Position numbers and translations under genes: made by a program. From Azolla caroliniana (taxonomy: Eukaryota; Plantae; Polypodiophyta), in the NCBI GenBank assembly GCA_043228905.1, contig JBHGNT010000015.1, forward strand, positions 6,386,001 through 6,450,000: a stretch of DNA of 64,000 nt. Reading direction: 5' to 3'. Positions within the stretch are counted from its first letter, which is position 1; the number at the start of each line of letters is the position of its first letter. Below, piece after piece: positions 25,734-38,660 of the stretch. Under the pieces are notes generated by a model. The model saw nothing but the letters and a program-made list of their open reading frames with translations. It was not told the DNA's origin and made no database searches.

Positions 25734-28700
25734 CTGATCAGGCCGACCGGATAGCTGAGGTCCGGCCAAGTGATTGTCAAATAAATAAGGCTCCCGACAA
25801 TTTGTCGGAACCATGTCAGGTCGCACGCCTCTCCCGAATCGCGGCGAAGCTTCATGTTTCTGTCTAAAAGGATGGAGATGGACTTACAATCTGCCATCCC
25901 GAACTTGAAGAGCATATTCAACACATAATGACGTGGCTGATCAATATGCCTTCGGGGGTTTGGATCACTTCGATCCCAAGGAAGTAATGAAGGTCCCCCA
26001 GATCCTTCATCTCGAATGATGCCACAAGTTGAGACTTTACTTGGCTGATTTCTTCGAGGTCGGCACTGGCGATGACTAGATCATTGACATATAGCATAAG
26101 GCTAATCGGTCCAGTCCGACTCGGGCAAATGAATAGTGATGAGTTGTGTGATCTTCGCATTCCATCCATGTGGGGCTTGTTTCAGTCCATACAATGACTT
26201 CTTCAATCGACAAACTACCGAGGTGTGTCGTTCGGATAGAAATCTCGGGGGTTCTACCATGTATACTTGTTCCTCAAGATCACCTTGCAGGAATGCATTC
26301 TTTACATCCATTTGATGTAATTGCCACCCCTTTACCATTGCTACCGCCAACAATACACGGACAGTTGTCATCTTCGCGACCGGTGCAAAGGTCTCATCGT
26401 AATCGATGTCATGTTTTTGTGCATAGCCCTTCGCCACTAATCGGTCCTTATATCGGTTGACTGAGCCATCGGCATTATAATTGACTTTGTACACCCACCT
26501 ATATCCGATCGGCTTCACACCCTTGGGGGCATCAACCAGGTTCCAAGTCTGGTTCTCCATTAGCGAGCGCATCTCTTCCTCCATAGCAGCATGCCAATTC
26601 ATGCCTTTGGCCGCTTCTGCATAGCTCTCCGGCTCACGCACATTTTCCACCTTCACCATATATGCATAATGATGCGCCATATACTCATTGTACACGTACC
26701 AAATTACATGATTCTTTTGGTGGGTGGATCGAAACAACTTCTGGTTCACCAATTTTGTGGCCCTCTCGGCCGACTTTGACCCCGTTTTGGGAACCATGAA
26801 GCTTCAGGTTAGATAGGAGCTCAGCAACGTCCAACAAAGAGACATGTTGATGGCTTACTACACTCCAAGATCAAGGAGATCTGCAACTCTCTCACCTTCG
26901 TCAACATGAACATCGAGGAGGACGAAATGGTGCAGGTTTTCCTCGAAGGGTTGACGTTGAAGTTCGGAGCATTCTGAACGGTTGTTTGCATGAGGGAGAA
27001 TGCGCCTTCGTTTTTCGAGCTACAATCAATTTTGCTCATAGAAGAAAACCACTCGGGTGCGTCGATGAGTACGCACACCGGTAGCAAGATGTTGTACACG
27101 GAGGCAAATCGACCCCGTGGTCGTGGTGGACGAGGTGGGTCAACACGTAATGGAAGCGGCCGACAGGAGCAGAACTCGAGGCATAATCGAAATGCCGACA
27201 ATAGTTCTGGACCTCCACGGGTAGGGGGAGTCAAGGTGGTGCCGAAGGTCGGCAAGGAAAGGCCGAGGCGAACTGTTGGTATTGTGGTTGGAAGGGCCAC
27301 AAACCGAGCGAGTGCTGGAAAAAGCGAGCCGAATCGGAAAAGGACAGATCAAGCCGAGGAGACGCAGATAGGCGTAAGAGATCGCACTACGCCAAAGGCT
27401 CACAGGGCAAGCTGAAATAGGCCCAACCTTTGTGATGAGGCACAAAACCAATTCAATGGCAGTGAACACCTCAAGGTCGAACGAGGTGTGGTATGTGGAT
27501 TCGGGCGCGTCAAACCATGAAGAATCACAGTGAGTGGTTCTTGACTCTAGAGAAGCTGGAGCAGTCGGGGGTCATCGAAACTGGTGATGACACCCCTCAC
27601 CCCATCAAACACATCAGAGATGTCCTTTGAGCCATGTCGGCCAGAAGGGAATCATGAGAAATGTCTTGCATGTCCCCACAATCACCAAGAATTTGGTGTC
27701 GATCGGACAGATTGTTGGCTAGTGCATGCAAGTTCGATTTACTCATCTAAGATGTTTCATTGAGGAAGAAGGCAAGATCATTGCGCAAGGGCACCGAGAA
27801 GGGAGGATGTTCATCTTCGAAACGAATGATGTAGGCATCACTATGTTCGCCAAGGGGCAAAAAATCAAGTCGGACATCGACAAGCGGTTCGGCCACGTCA
27901 ACTTCCCGTGGCTTCATGAGATGCAAACGAAAAATCTCATTTTCTGCTTGTCGAAATTCATTGGCCGAAATGGCCAAGTCTACGAAGCCTTCCAGGTAGG
28001 GAAGAAACATTGACTTCTATTCCCAAATGAAAGAAATCAAGGCCAAAACAAGCTTGATTTGATCCATTTGGATGTATGGGGACCGACGCAGAATGTGAGT
28101 ATCGATGGAAGTCGTTACTTTGTAACCTTCATCGATGATTACACTCAGCACACTTGGGCGTGCTTGATTGAGAAGAAAAACGAAGTCTTCTCCTGGTTCT
28201 TAAAGGTGAAGAACCTTGCTGAATGGGAGACATGCCAAAAAATCAAGTGCCCAAGGTCTGATGGTGGGAAAGAGTACTTTTTTTACCAGTTCTGTAGTTA
28301 TCTGCAAAAGGAAGGAATTCGATGTGAATTCTCCTGCAGATACACGCCACAACTAAACGGCGTGGCCAAGAGGAAGAATCGGACGATCGAAGTGGCGGCC
28401 AGGGCGATGCTTGAGGAGAAGCATATGCCTAAATTCTATTGGGCCGAAGCCATCAAGACGGCGGTATACCTACAGAATCAGACTTTTGCAAATGGAGGAG
28501 TGTCGCCAAACGAGATGTATTTCGGGAAGAAGCCGAATTTGGCACACTTGAGGGTTTTCGGTAGCGTTGCACATGTGCATGGGCTTTGGAAAAGTGGAGG
28601 AAGCTGGACGTGAAAGCCGAAAAATGTATCTTGGTCGGCTACTCGGATGAGCAGAAGGATTAGAAGTGTTATGACCCCCACACGAAAGAAGTCTGAGTAA

Positions 28701-29643
28701 GCCGAGATGTCATTTTCGACGAGTCGACTTCGTGATACGTGCTTGCACCTTCAACTCCCATCCACTCCATTCCGAATTTTGAGGATGAGGCCAGTGAGGC
28801 CAAGATGCCCCTTGATGAAGAGGATATCGGAACTCTAGAAGAGAGTCTGATCTCAATTCGGTTAAGTGGTCCGAATGAATGACTGAGTCGAATGAAGAGC
28901 TAGCGAGTAGTGGAGACTCGGTCGTCCAGTCCCCACACCAGAAATCGAGGAGATGATTTACGTACAAGAAGAAAGGGAAGATGAAGATGTCGGAATATGG
29001 CATCAAGGCCGAAACGTTGCATCATTAGTTCCTTCGACATAACTCCAATAACCGTGCTCGAGTAGGTACTAGTGCAACATAGTTGCTCCTATCGAGCTTT
29101 TCGGTCAAAAGCAAGCTTCCCATTCCTCTATCCATGTTCCTGTCTTTTCTTTTCCGAAAAACGAGAAACTTGACTCTGTCTTGTACGCTTGCTTTTTTGT
29201 CAGCTGCAGAGGAGTCTCAACCCTCACACTTTGATACCATGAAAAAGAATATGTGTGCGATAGACACTGAGTAGGCAATTGATTTCAGAAACTGGACAGT
29301 TAGGTAAACACAGAGAATGGTGTGAGAGAGAGAGACAGAGAGAGCAGACGATAACTTCAATTTCGAATAATGAACACTCTGTACATACACTGTGCTCAAT
29401 GAGCACTTTTTATACAAGCCCCTGACTAGTGGGCTAACACAAGTACCGGCAGTACTTGAATGCTCATAAATGAGCCTAACACTAATTATGCCTACAATAT
29501 TCCTATCTACCATAATAGGAATATAGGCCCTCAATAGCCTTTTTGGAATTCTTTCGACTTGGCCCACCCGAGTCGAACTTTCTTCAATTTGGCTCCTTGC
29601 CTTCGTCAACCGATTCAACCCATGTTGAGTTTGTCTCTCAATA
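25734..29643 (-). mobile_element. Second copy (F) of the copia B family, 3'-truncated, with an internal 2.2-kb inversion
   Basis: 5' LTR 29240-29643, PBS TGGTATCAAAGT 29228-29239, gag start (MDRGMGSLL) on minus. Gag-protease-INT lie on plus at ~26798-29020 and RT on minus at 25734-26797. Confidence 0.85.
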
Positions 29644-30810
29644 GAAGTCTTATGCACACGATGGAGGTGACCCGACTAGACCGTGCCTATGTCGTAGGGG
29701 TCACCAGCCACTACATGTCCAAACCCATATGGAAGCACTAGGAAGCTATGAAAAATATATTCTGGTACTTGGCTGAACCAAAGATCTATAGCTAACCTTC
29801 AGATCGGACAAGCCAACCGAAATAGAAGGTTTCACATATTCCGATTATGCCAACAACCCCAACAATCGGTAGTGCATGTCAGGATATGTCTTCACCTATG
29901 GCGACGTTGTTATATCGTGTAGGTCAAAGTTACAAGACTGCATGGCACTCTCAACGACAGAGGCTGAGTATATAGCTGCATCAAAGGTAGCCAAAGAAGC
30001 CATTTGGTTACACCGATTATCGACCGATTTTTCCACTAAGAGCTGAATCGACTATCCGGCACAGACCTTATATTGCGACTCTCAAAGGTCAATACACCTC
30101 ATCCAAAATCCGGTGTACAATGCAAAGACAAAGCATATTGAGGTGAGGTAGCACCATATCTCAGAGCTTGTCACCGACAAGAAGCTCGACGTCCGAAAAG
30201 TGGATACTGAGGTGAACATCGCTGACAGCCTGACGAAGCCTCTCCAAATCAACCTTCAACATACTAAGAGGATAGATGGGACTACAACAAACAAGCAAAC
30301 AAAGAGGAGCCGAACAAGAAGAATTGGAAGGTAAGTCAAGAAACAACACGGCTAGAGAACTCGAAACAGCTAAGAAGGAGTTGGACAATTGAAAGGTTGT
30401 AGACGTAGCTAAGCACAAAGGAAGCCGACAGAATGGAGGATAGTTGAAAGGCCACGGGAATTGGAAGTCTATCATTGGTCCATCAGAGAGTACAAGGACC
30501 AACATACACAGGGAGTCGATGGTCCAAAGGCCGAAAACCGAACCGGCTACTAATTGATTTGGACAACAGCAGAATTCGGCTACCACCCGATAGTCTTGTA
30601 GCATACAAGTTGTAATTCAACCTTACGAGTAAGATAACCCAGTTGTATGTAAAATAGAGTAGTCATTTTATGGGGGAGTTTGTTGGCATAAAAGGATGAC
30701 TCTAGCCAAACTTGTATCTCTAGTGTGAACACAGTTAACCTAACTATTTAAGTAGGTAACTGATTCTGCTAAAGAAGTTTGGTGGAAATAGAAACATTGA
30801 TTCTCTTTCA

Positions 30811-30863
<53 letters not shown>

Positions 30864-30900
30864 AGTTCACTCCGGCCATTGTTTCTACATTCTATAACTC
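29644..30900 (+). mobile_element. Ty1/copia 3' fragment (RT end, RNase H, 3' region, PPT, partial LTR)
   Basis: Broken frames give SGYVFT, ALSTTEAEYIAAS..AKEAIWL and KTKHIEVR. PPT GGGGGAG 30672-30678 and LTR start TGTTGGC at 30681, with (CT)n at ~30817-30862. Confidence 0.8.
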
Positions 30901-30918
30901 GTTGGAAAGATCTTTAAC

Positions 30919-33900
30919 TTGATTTCTCTTCAAGAAACGATAAACAAGCAAGGTGAAGAGATTAGGACGTTAATGAAAAAGAGAATGCTAAGCTCCAAAT
31001 TGTTGTCATTGAGAATGAAAGTCTTAAGCAAGTGGTTGCAAAACTGGAAGAAGAGATTCAAGAATGTAAAAGAGCTTCTTTCGAAACAAATGAGCGCCTT
31101 AACAAGATTAAGTTAAAGGAAGCATTAAAAGAAGAAAAATTGGACATGATGAGGCGGGATGTAAGTGAGATGAAAAATGTAAGTACAACGAAGTCATGGG
31201 CTGATGTATGTGGTGCGGATGTGGTATCAAAATCATCTAATATGCATGACATGCATCAAGAGAAGAATATAGAAAGCATAGATGTTTGAGAATTGAAAGA
31301 ACGTGAACAAGAACATTGTCGTCCGTGGGATTAAAGAGGAGAGTATGGAAACACCCGCATCCCTCGGAAAGGCCATTGGTGAATTTTTTAGCATGCATTA
31401 TGGGATGTCGGATGTGAATGTATATGGGGCACACCGAGTTGGGAAACATGGTGTTACTCGCTCCGGAGAAAGGCCTATTGTATGCACAATGACAGATGAT
31501 ACAAAGCGGCGGATCATACTCGAAAATAGTTGGGTATACCTCAAAGGTACGCAATGCTTTGTGAGTGAAGATCGTACGATCTCACAACAAAATGATCGTC
31601 GTAAAGCATATAAAGAAAGATTGAAAAATAAGGTTAAGGATGTGCCTAAAGATGGAAATGTAGGCAAATAGGGACATGTACCCTATGAGACTAACCCACG
31701 CCTTTTATTACTATGCTTTTGTAATTGCAATGGATACCCATGGAATGTGGGATTTGGCATAGAGGATTTCATTGATGACTCGGATATCACACTTCTTGTT
31801 GAAACATGGGAGCATCATACTCAAAGGATTCACGGTTTAGGAAACTATAATGTACACTCTTTGATATGAGAGAAAAATCGAAGACAAAGAAGAGGACAAG
31901 GAGGGGTGGCATGTTTGATTAAGAAGGAAGTAGAGAAATATGTGCCAATCATAAAAAATAATAAACATGAATAGTACATTTGGCTCAAAATAGAAACACC
32001 TAATGATTTGCCCACTTTTGTAGTTGGATGTTACATTCCTCATCAAGATTCTAACGTTTATGCTTGTTTGGATAAAGATCAACCTTTTGCCAATCTAGAA
32101 GATGATATTGTTTATTTAAAATCCAAAGGGGAAGTTATTGTTTTTGGTGACATGAATGCTCGTACAAGAAGTTTCCAACTTGATTCACAAGAATCTTTCA
32201 TGCCACATATCTCAAGGATGCAAGAGGATATGCAAATGTATAGCCACTCTTCTAGCAATGAAAAAGATCTAGACCAATTTGGGAAGTTACTCCTACAAAT
32301 GTGCAATAGTGCCGGATTGCTTATTGCAAATGGTATTTACTTATGGCCCAACACTAATCGTTTTACGTGTAGAAAACTTAACCAGTGTGATTGACTATGT
32401 GCTACTTTCCGAAGGTATTTTGGATTGTATACATAAATTCTCACTTGGTGAATGGACACCGAAATCCGATCATAGGCCTTGTATTGATCTCAAATGTATG
32501 CATAGGTTTGATTGTGAGAATGTTATTGAATATAATAAACAACCGCACTTGAGCATGAACCTTAAGCGAGCGCCCATATATTCCAAGATGGTTGAGGATA
32601 TGTTACAAATGACAAAGATACAACATGGTGCCACACTAGAAAGCGAATGGGAAGCTTTCAAGAAAGGCATTCTCTCATGTACAAACAAACGTTTTTCGAC
32701 CAACCACACATCTTGGAAATGCACCAAGAAACTTGGGAAAAAATGGTTTGATAAAGAATGTCATGAAGCTCGAAAGTGCCTTATGGTTTTGGATGTAGTT
32801 AAGGATAAAGAGAATTACCAAAAGCATCTGCATGAGTATAAAAGGCTTATTCAAAGAAAGAGAAGAATATGGGAAGTTACTCAACAATTTATCCAAACAC
32901 AAGAGAAAGCACATGCATGTGCTAAATTTTGGGGAAATCTAAAGGGGAAATGTGTTGAGAGTTATGGTGACTTAATTCTTCATGACATGTCTATGCATTG
33001 TTAGAATTTATATGAGTTATCTCTTGCCGGAAAGATGATGTGTTATGGTTCTCTTTCACATATGTCTCCTTTCTTTACAATTGAAGATATATGCATAGGA
33101 CTTAAGAAATTGGCCTCTCGAAAGACAAGCGATCTTCAATGTATAAAGGTTGAAATGCTTAAATGGACGGGAAAGGAAGTATATGTATGGATAAGCGATA
33201 TGTTTAATGATACATTCCAACATAGTATGCCGTATGATTGGATGACAAATTGGATCAAACCTTTACATAAAGGTGGAGATGTAAATAATGTAAACAACTA
33301 TCGAACCATCATGGTTGGCTCATTAATGGCAAAACTATTTGGATGTATAATGGAATCAAAGGTAAGTGTATGGGGTGAAAAAAATGGTAAGAGAGCTTAT
33401 GGACAAGCTCGCTTTCGAAAACACCATAGCACCATTGATCACCTTGTCACCCTTTGAGTATTAATGGAGGAAAGTCGCCTTAGAGGTAAATGTTTATATT
33501 GTTGCTTTGTAGACTTCAAGAAAGCTTTTGATATGGTACCTCGTGAGCATCTTCGGAGGCGAATAGAAGAACGTGAGGTGCCAAGTGAATATATGCTTGC
33601 AATTTCCCGAATTTATGAGAATTTTATATGTTGTGTACGTATGAGAGATAGACTTTCAGATTTTTTCAATAGCACTATTGGTGTTAAGCAAGGATGCCCA
33701 CTCTCACCAACACTATTTGGTCTATGCATTGATGAATTGGAAGAAATGGTTACCAAGTTTTCAAAGGAAGAATGTGTTGAAGAAGTTGTCATTGGGAATG
33801 TTGTGATTATGCTTTTGCTATATGGAGATGATGTAGTGCTTTTTGCAAATACTTTAGGAGATGCACAAAAGCTTATGAAGGCATTGGAAAAAATATGTGT

Positions 33901-35120
33901 GCATACTAAATTAAGTGTCAATAGCTCTAAAACAAATATTACGCTTGTGAAGAGCCAAAAAAGAGACAAACCATGCATTATGTACAACAATGAGTCACTT
34001 GAATGTGTGGAAAGCTTCAAATATCTTGGCCTTGAAGTTCCTTCAAATCATAGATGGAATGAATGTGCTACACGCCGCTTAGAGACAGGTAAGCGAGCAT
34101 ACTATGCATTTGAGAACACATGCAATCATGGAGATATTATGTGTTGGGTCCTCAAGAAATATCTTTTCGACACTTTGGTGACACCAATTCTTCTTTATGG
34201 GTTGGAAGTATGGGGTGGTAGCATCCCTAAATCTACGTGGAAAGAGTTTGAAAATGTCCAAAAACATTTTCTTACAAAGTTTCTACAAGTTAAGAAACAA
34301 ACACCCTACACCCGCCTCCTTGAGACAGGATCGCTTCCCATTGAGATCATGGCCATGGAAAGGGTTGTTGAATACATGCTTAAGGTTCAAAAAAATCCCT
34401 CACATTGACTTCCTAAAATTGCATGGGAAGCAAGTAAAAAGATCCAAAAGACGCATAAAAGCAAATTTTTGTGTTCCGGTTGGATGCAAGATATAGAAAA
34501 ATGGTTTGGTCGATGGGATGCGAGACACTTGCTTCATGATGCATCACTAGATTCCTCTATATAAATGAGACATTTTTGCAACGCCAATGTATCATGACAT
34601 GGAACAAATGTGGAGGCTCACGCTTCACACATTATACTACACATGTTGCACCTAACTACAAAACCATATTCTTTGCGAAACGGGGAAACCGTACACATCA
34701 ATACATGTTAGAGCCCATCTTGTTATCTGTCATTCGAACCATTGCTTCCATGCGACTTAGCTCACATGCATTGTGATGTGAAACAGGGGATTGGGGCACA
34801 AGTGATGAGAGTGGTCGGCTATGCACACTTTGCCCTAAACAAATTCGTGAGTCTGAGTATCACACTTTGATACAATGTTCTGCCTTTGATCATATTCGAC
34901 CATGCTTTCCACATCTCTTCGACCGAGCCCAATCCTTGCACAAATTTCTCTCACAACCAGAATGTGCACTCTCAATTGCAACATTCATTAGTAAAGTTAT
35001 TCAACATCAAGAGTCACTACTTAGTTTCACACGTATCACGTGAAATGTAATATTTTTGGTCTCATAGGTCATATTTGACCTCTGAAGACGATAATATAAT
35101 CTATCTATCTATCTATCTCT
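30919..35120 (+). mobile_element. Near full-length non-LTR retrotransposon (LINE, RTEX-like), disrupted
   Basis: ORF1 ~30919-31671 has a coiled coil plus NIVVRGIKE..HRVGK..RPIVC. ORF2 31672-35043 has AP endonuclease (LVETWE, GDMNAR, SVIDY, SDH), WFDKEC, RT (GVKQGCPLSPTLF, YGDD) and a C-terminal CxxC..H..C. A 3' hairpin and (CTAT)n tail end the element at 35099-35120. Confidence 0.9.
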
Positions 35121-35199
35121 AGTCATCATCTTCCTTCTCATTCTCTTGTTGCACAATGTGTCTGATTTCATTTTCTTCTACCTTGTCATCCATGTTGCT

Positions 35200-36500
35200 T
35201 GCTTGACGCATCAATAGTTCCTCATAACTTTTGCATCACATATATGTGGATGACTTGGTAATTGGTAATGAACACATTGCTGACATCAACAAGATTAAGA
35301 TGCTCCTCTTTGGGAAGTTTGAGATGAAAGATATGAACAAGCTTCATTACTTCTTGGGAATCGAGGTCATTTGAACTAGGAAAGGCATCTTGCTTTCCCA
35401 ACCCCACTATACCTTGAATCTTCTCTTCAAGTTTGGCATGAGGGATCACAAGCCCATTTCGACTCCCCTTGATCGTAACTTGATGTTGCACTTGGACTCC
35501 ACCAAAACATGTGAGTTGACTCAATATATGGCAAATCATTGGGAGTCTAATATATCTAACTATCACCCGACTCGACCTTAACTATCTGATCGGCCTCCTT
35601 AGCCAATTCATACAAACACCATGTCACACACATTTGAATTGTGTTAAGCAAGTTTTACGATATGTTAGTGGAACCATGGATTGAGGTATCTTCTAAAAGG
35701 GAAGAGCGACCATTCGTCTAGCAGGATACACCGATGCCAATTGGGCCAGTAGCATATCCAATCGACACTCAACATCCAGCTTCATCTTAGAACTCATAAG
35801 TGGAGCAATCCCATGGAGCAGCTAGAAGCAACCGACACTTGCATTGTCACGCACCGAAACTGAATACAAGGGCACGGCCATAGCCACATGTGAAGCAATT
35901 TGGCTAAAGTAGTTATTAAAGAACTTTAATGAATTGATTGACGGACCAATACATATCTACTGCGACAATCAAAGCAATCCAGTTTTCCATGCCCGAACGA
36001 AGCACATCAAAGTGCACTATCACTATGTTCGAGAACGCATCATCGTGGGAGAAGTCGATCTCCAACACAAGACACCAACCACCAAACGGCCAATATCTTC
36101 ACCAAAGCGCTTGGAGCGAACAAGCTTCAACAATTTTTTATGGCGCTTGGCCTTCGGCCACTCGACATCTCAAGCTTGAGGGGGAGGGAAGCCGAAAGTC
36201 GGACAAGAGCTGACATGAGTCGAAAACTGAAAGCGATGGAAGCCGAAAGTCAGAAGCCGAAATCCGAAATCCGAAAGTCAGACACCACACGCCGAAAGCC
36301 GGCAATTGCGAAAGCTGACAACACACTTGAGCTTGATGGGGTGTGTTGAGATATCAAGTTCAACTAGGTTTAGTCATTTTGTCAACCATGTAACTTAGTA
36401 GTTACATAAATAGAATCTAGTTAGTATGTTGACTACCAAACTCATTTATTACACGATATTCTCTTCCCACATGTGCACCCTTGCACATGAGATGTATATA
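35200..36500 (+). mobile_element. Ty1/copia 3' fragment (RT, RNase H, 3' region, PPT, LTR start at 36344)
   Basis: FEMKDMNKLHYFLGIEV, YTDANWA and HARTKHIKVHYHYVRE motifs. TGTTGAGATATCAAGTTCAAC begins the LTR, whose right boundary is uncertain. Confidence 0.8.
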
Positions 36501-36663
36501 TCCCCCATTATGGGTACTTTTGTGATTTGATTCTTTTTAATATAAGAGATACTTCTTTAAGCTACAATCTTGTTAATCATCCCCCAGTTAAGTTTTCATT
36601 AGTGTAATTTCTATTTAACTTCCTCTCTCTCTCTCTCTCTCACTCACTCACTCGCTCACACAT

Positions 36664-37450
36664 ATCACATAGTCTTTTGTTGCTCACATATGTGATTAAC
36701 TACTCACATAATTAGATATTAATTAACTTATAGTTAATTATCTAATTATTAACAATGGCATTGGTTTGGTATGCATAATAACTAGAGAAGAAAATCAATG
36801 CCCACGGCACGATAAGAGCAAGGGACAAGTGGTGAATACCATTATGGCACAAGTACAACAGGTAACCACCCGCATCCAGTCCAAGGCAGCCGAGTGGGAT
36901 GCGCAAAATGAAATACGAAAAGAGGCAAAATCCTCGGTGGAAAAGGTCAATGAGGCTAACATCGACTGCCAGGATAGAGGAGCCGAGACATCGTCGTCTC
37001 GAACGGAGGCAACGATGTCTCCATTCGAGACGACGATGTCTCGGCTTAATCACATAGTCTTCCATTGCTTAATCACATACATGATCAACTACTCACATAA
37101 TTAGATATTAATTAACTTATAGTTAATTATCTAGTTATTAACAATGGCATTGGTTTGGTATGCATAATAACTAGAGAAGAAAATCAATGCCCACAGCGCG
37201 ATAAGAACAAGGGACCGGTAGTGAATACCATTATGGTGCAAGTACAACAGGTAACCACCCGTAGCCAGTCCAAGGCAACCGAGTCGGATGCACAAGATGA
37301 AATACGAAAAGAGGCAAAAGCCTAGGTGGAAAAGGTCAATGAGGCTAACATCAACCGCATGCGCCAGGATAGAGGAGTCGAGACATCATCGTCTCGAACG
37401 GAGGACGCTACGATAGGCGAGGACCCAATATGGCAGGCCCTCACGGACTG
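36664..37450 (+). repeat. ~385-bp tandem duplication containing a gag fragment related to gypsy A
   Basis: Units start at 36664 and 37049. They translate to VQQVTTR.SKAAEWDAQ.EIRK...DPIWQAL, matching 4490-4568 and 18848-18950. Confidence 0.85.
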
Positions 37451-37479
37451 TTCGCATTCATGGACTAGTTCTAATATGG

Positions 37480-38660
37480 ATTGTGAAATGATGTAAAGGA
37501 TTTGTTGTTAACAAAATCGATAAAGATCCAAGATCACTTATAGAAGTGATAAGTCAAGTAGTGCAATGTGATAACCACTTTATTCAAGCGACGTTTAGAG
37601 CATTAGCTAATGTCATAACTAAGAACAAAAAAAACAGGTGCTTTAGTAGTAGCTTTGACACCTCCAAGTACTATCCAAACATCCTGCATGACTCTAGAAT
37701 ATCCAAGATTGCTTATAGAAGCGACAAGTCAAGTACTGCAGTGGATAACCGCTTATTCAAGTTATGTTCAAAGCGTCAACTAATGAACCACCAAGAACAA
37801 ATCAAACATATGTTTCAGTGGTAGCGTCAACACCTCCAAGCACTACCCAAACATCCCACATGATTCTAGCAAGGTGGCCCTAATCTCTTGGAAATTGACA
37901 TAGCACGTTGTTGAGGGCTTGTGCCCGAAGTTGAGAAAAAACAAATTTGGGCAAACTGTCTAACGTAAATTAAGTACTAGTGAGAAACTTGATTATACTC
38001 CTCTAGTTGTCATCTTGAAAATTTACATCCCACATGATTCTAGCAAGGTGGCCCGAATCTCTTGGAAATTGACATGGCACGTTGTTGAGGGCTTGTGCCT
38101 GAAATTGAGAAAAAACAAATTTGGGCAAACTGTCTAACGTAAATTAAGTACTAGTGAGAAACTTGATTCTACTCCTTTAGTTGTCATCTTGAAAATTTAC
38201 ATCCCACATGATTCTAGCAAGGTGGCCCTAATCTCTTGGAAATTGACATAGCACGTTGTTGAGGGCTTGTGTCTGAAGTTGAGAAAAAACAAATTTGGGC
38301 AAACTGTCTAACGTAAATTAAGTACTAGTGAGAAACTTGATTCTACTCCTCTAGTTGTCATCTTGAAAATTTGTTTCTAGTTTCACATGTTTTTTATTAG
38401 TTGAATAGATTCAAAGTTTTGAGTCAGCTAAGTGAACTATTAAATGAATAAGTCCAGCCAAAATTGGAGCCATTTGGTTGGACAACCCAGAATATGTAAA
38501 GTCAGTCCCGAGTATTGATTTCATTTTATCGAGTCAAGTTAGTAGAGTTTTTTCGACACAAGTTGAGCTTTAGCACTTCTAGGTGTCATCAAGTTCTTGC
38601 CTTAGCTCCCTTAGATTCAAGGGCCAACTCTTGTTTTATGGACCGAGGATTTGCTCAAGA
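37480..38660 (+). mobile_element. Relic of a Tcn1-like element (gag C-terminus to protease) related to element D
   Basis: DPRSLIEVISQVVQCDN matches DPKSLTEVIS of D. 38403-38660 aligns with 8050-8300, including LDSRANSCFMD. Confidence 0.8.
37851..38372 (+). repeat. Three near-identical 174-bp tandem repeats
   Basis: Units start ACATCCCACATGATTCTAGCAAGG at 37851, 38025 and 38199. Confidence 0.95.

Noticed and set aside
33818-33832. YGDD instead of YADD in the LINE RT as a functional novelty
   Set aside because: A single substitution in a copy with many disabling mutations, most likely decay.
30900-35130. Target-site duplication for the LINE
   Set aside because: No convincing direct repeat was found at the two ends, and the 5' boundary is uncertain.
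37851-38372. Possible CRISPR-like array (also 1-483 and 14011-14196)
   Set aside because: The units are whole tandem duplications without unique spacers, there are no cas genes, and the context is eukaryotic.
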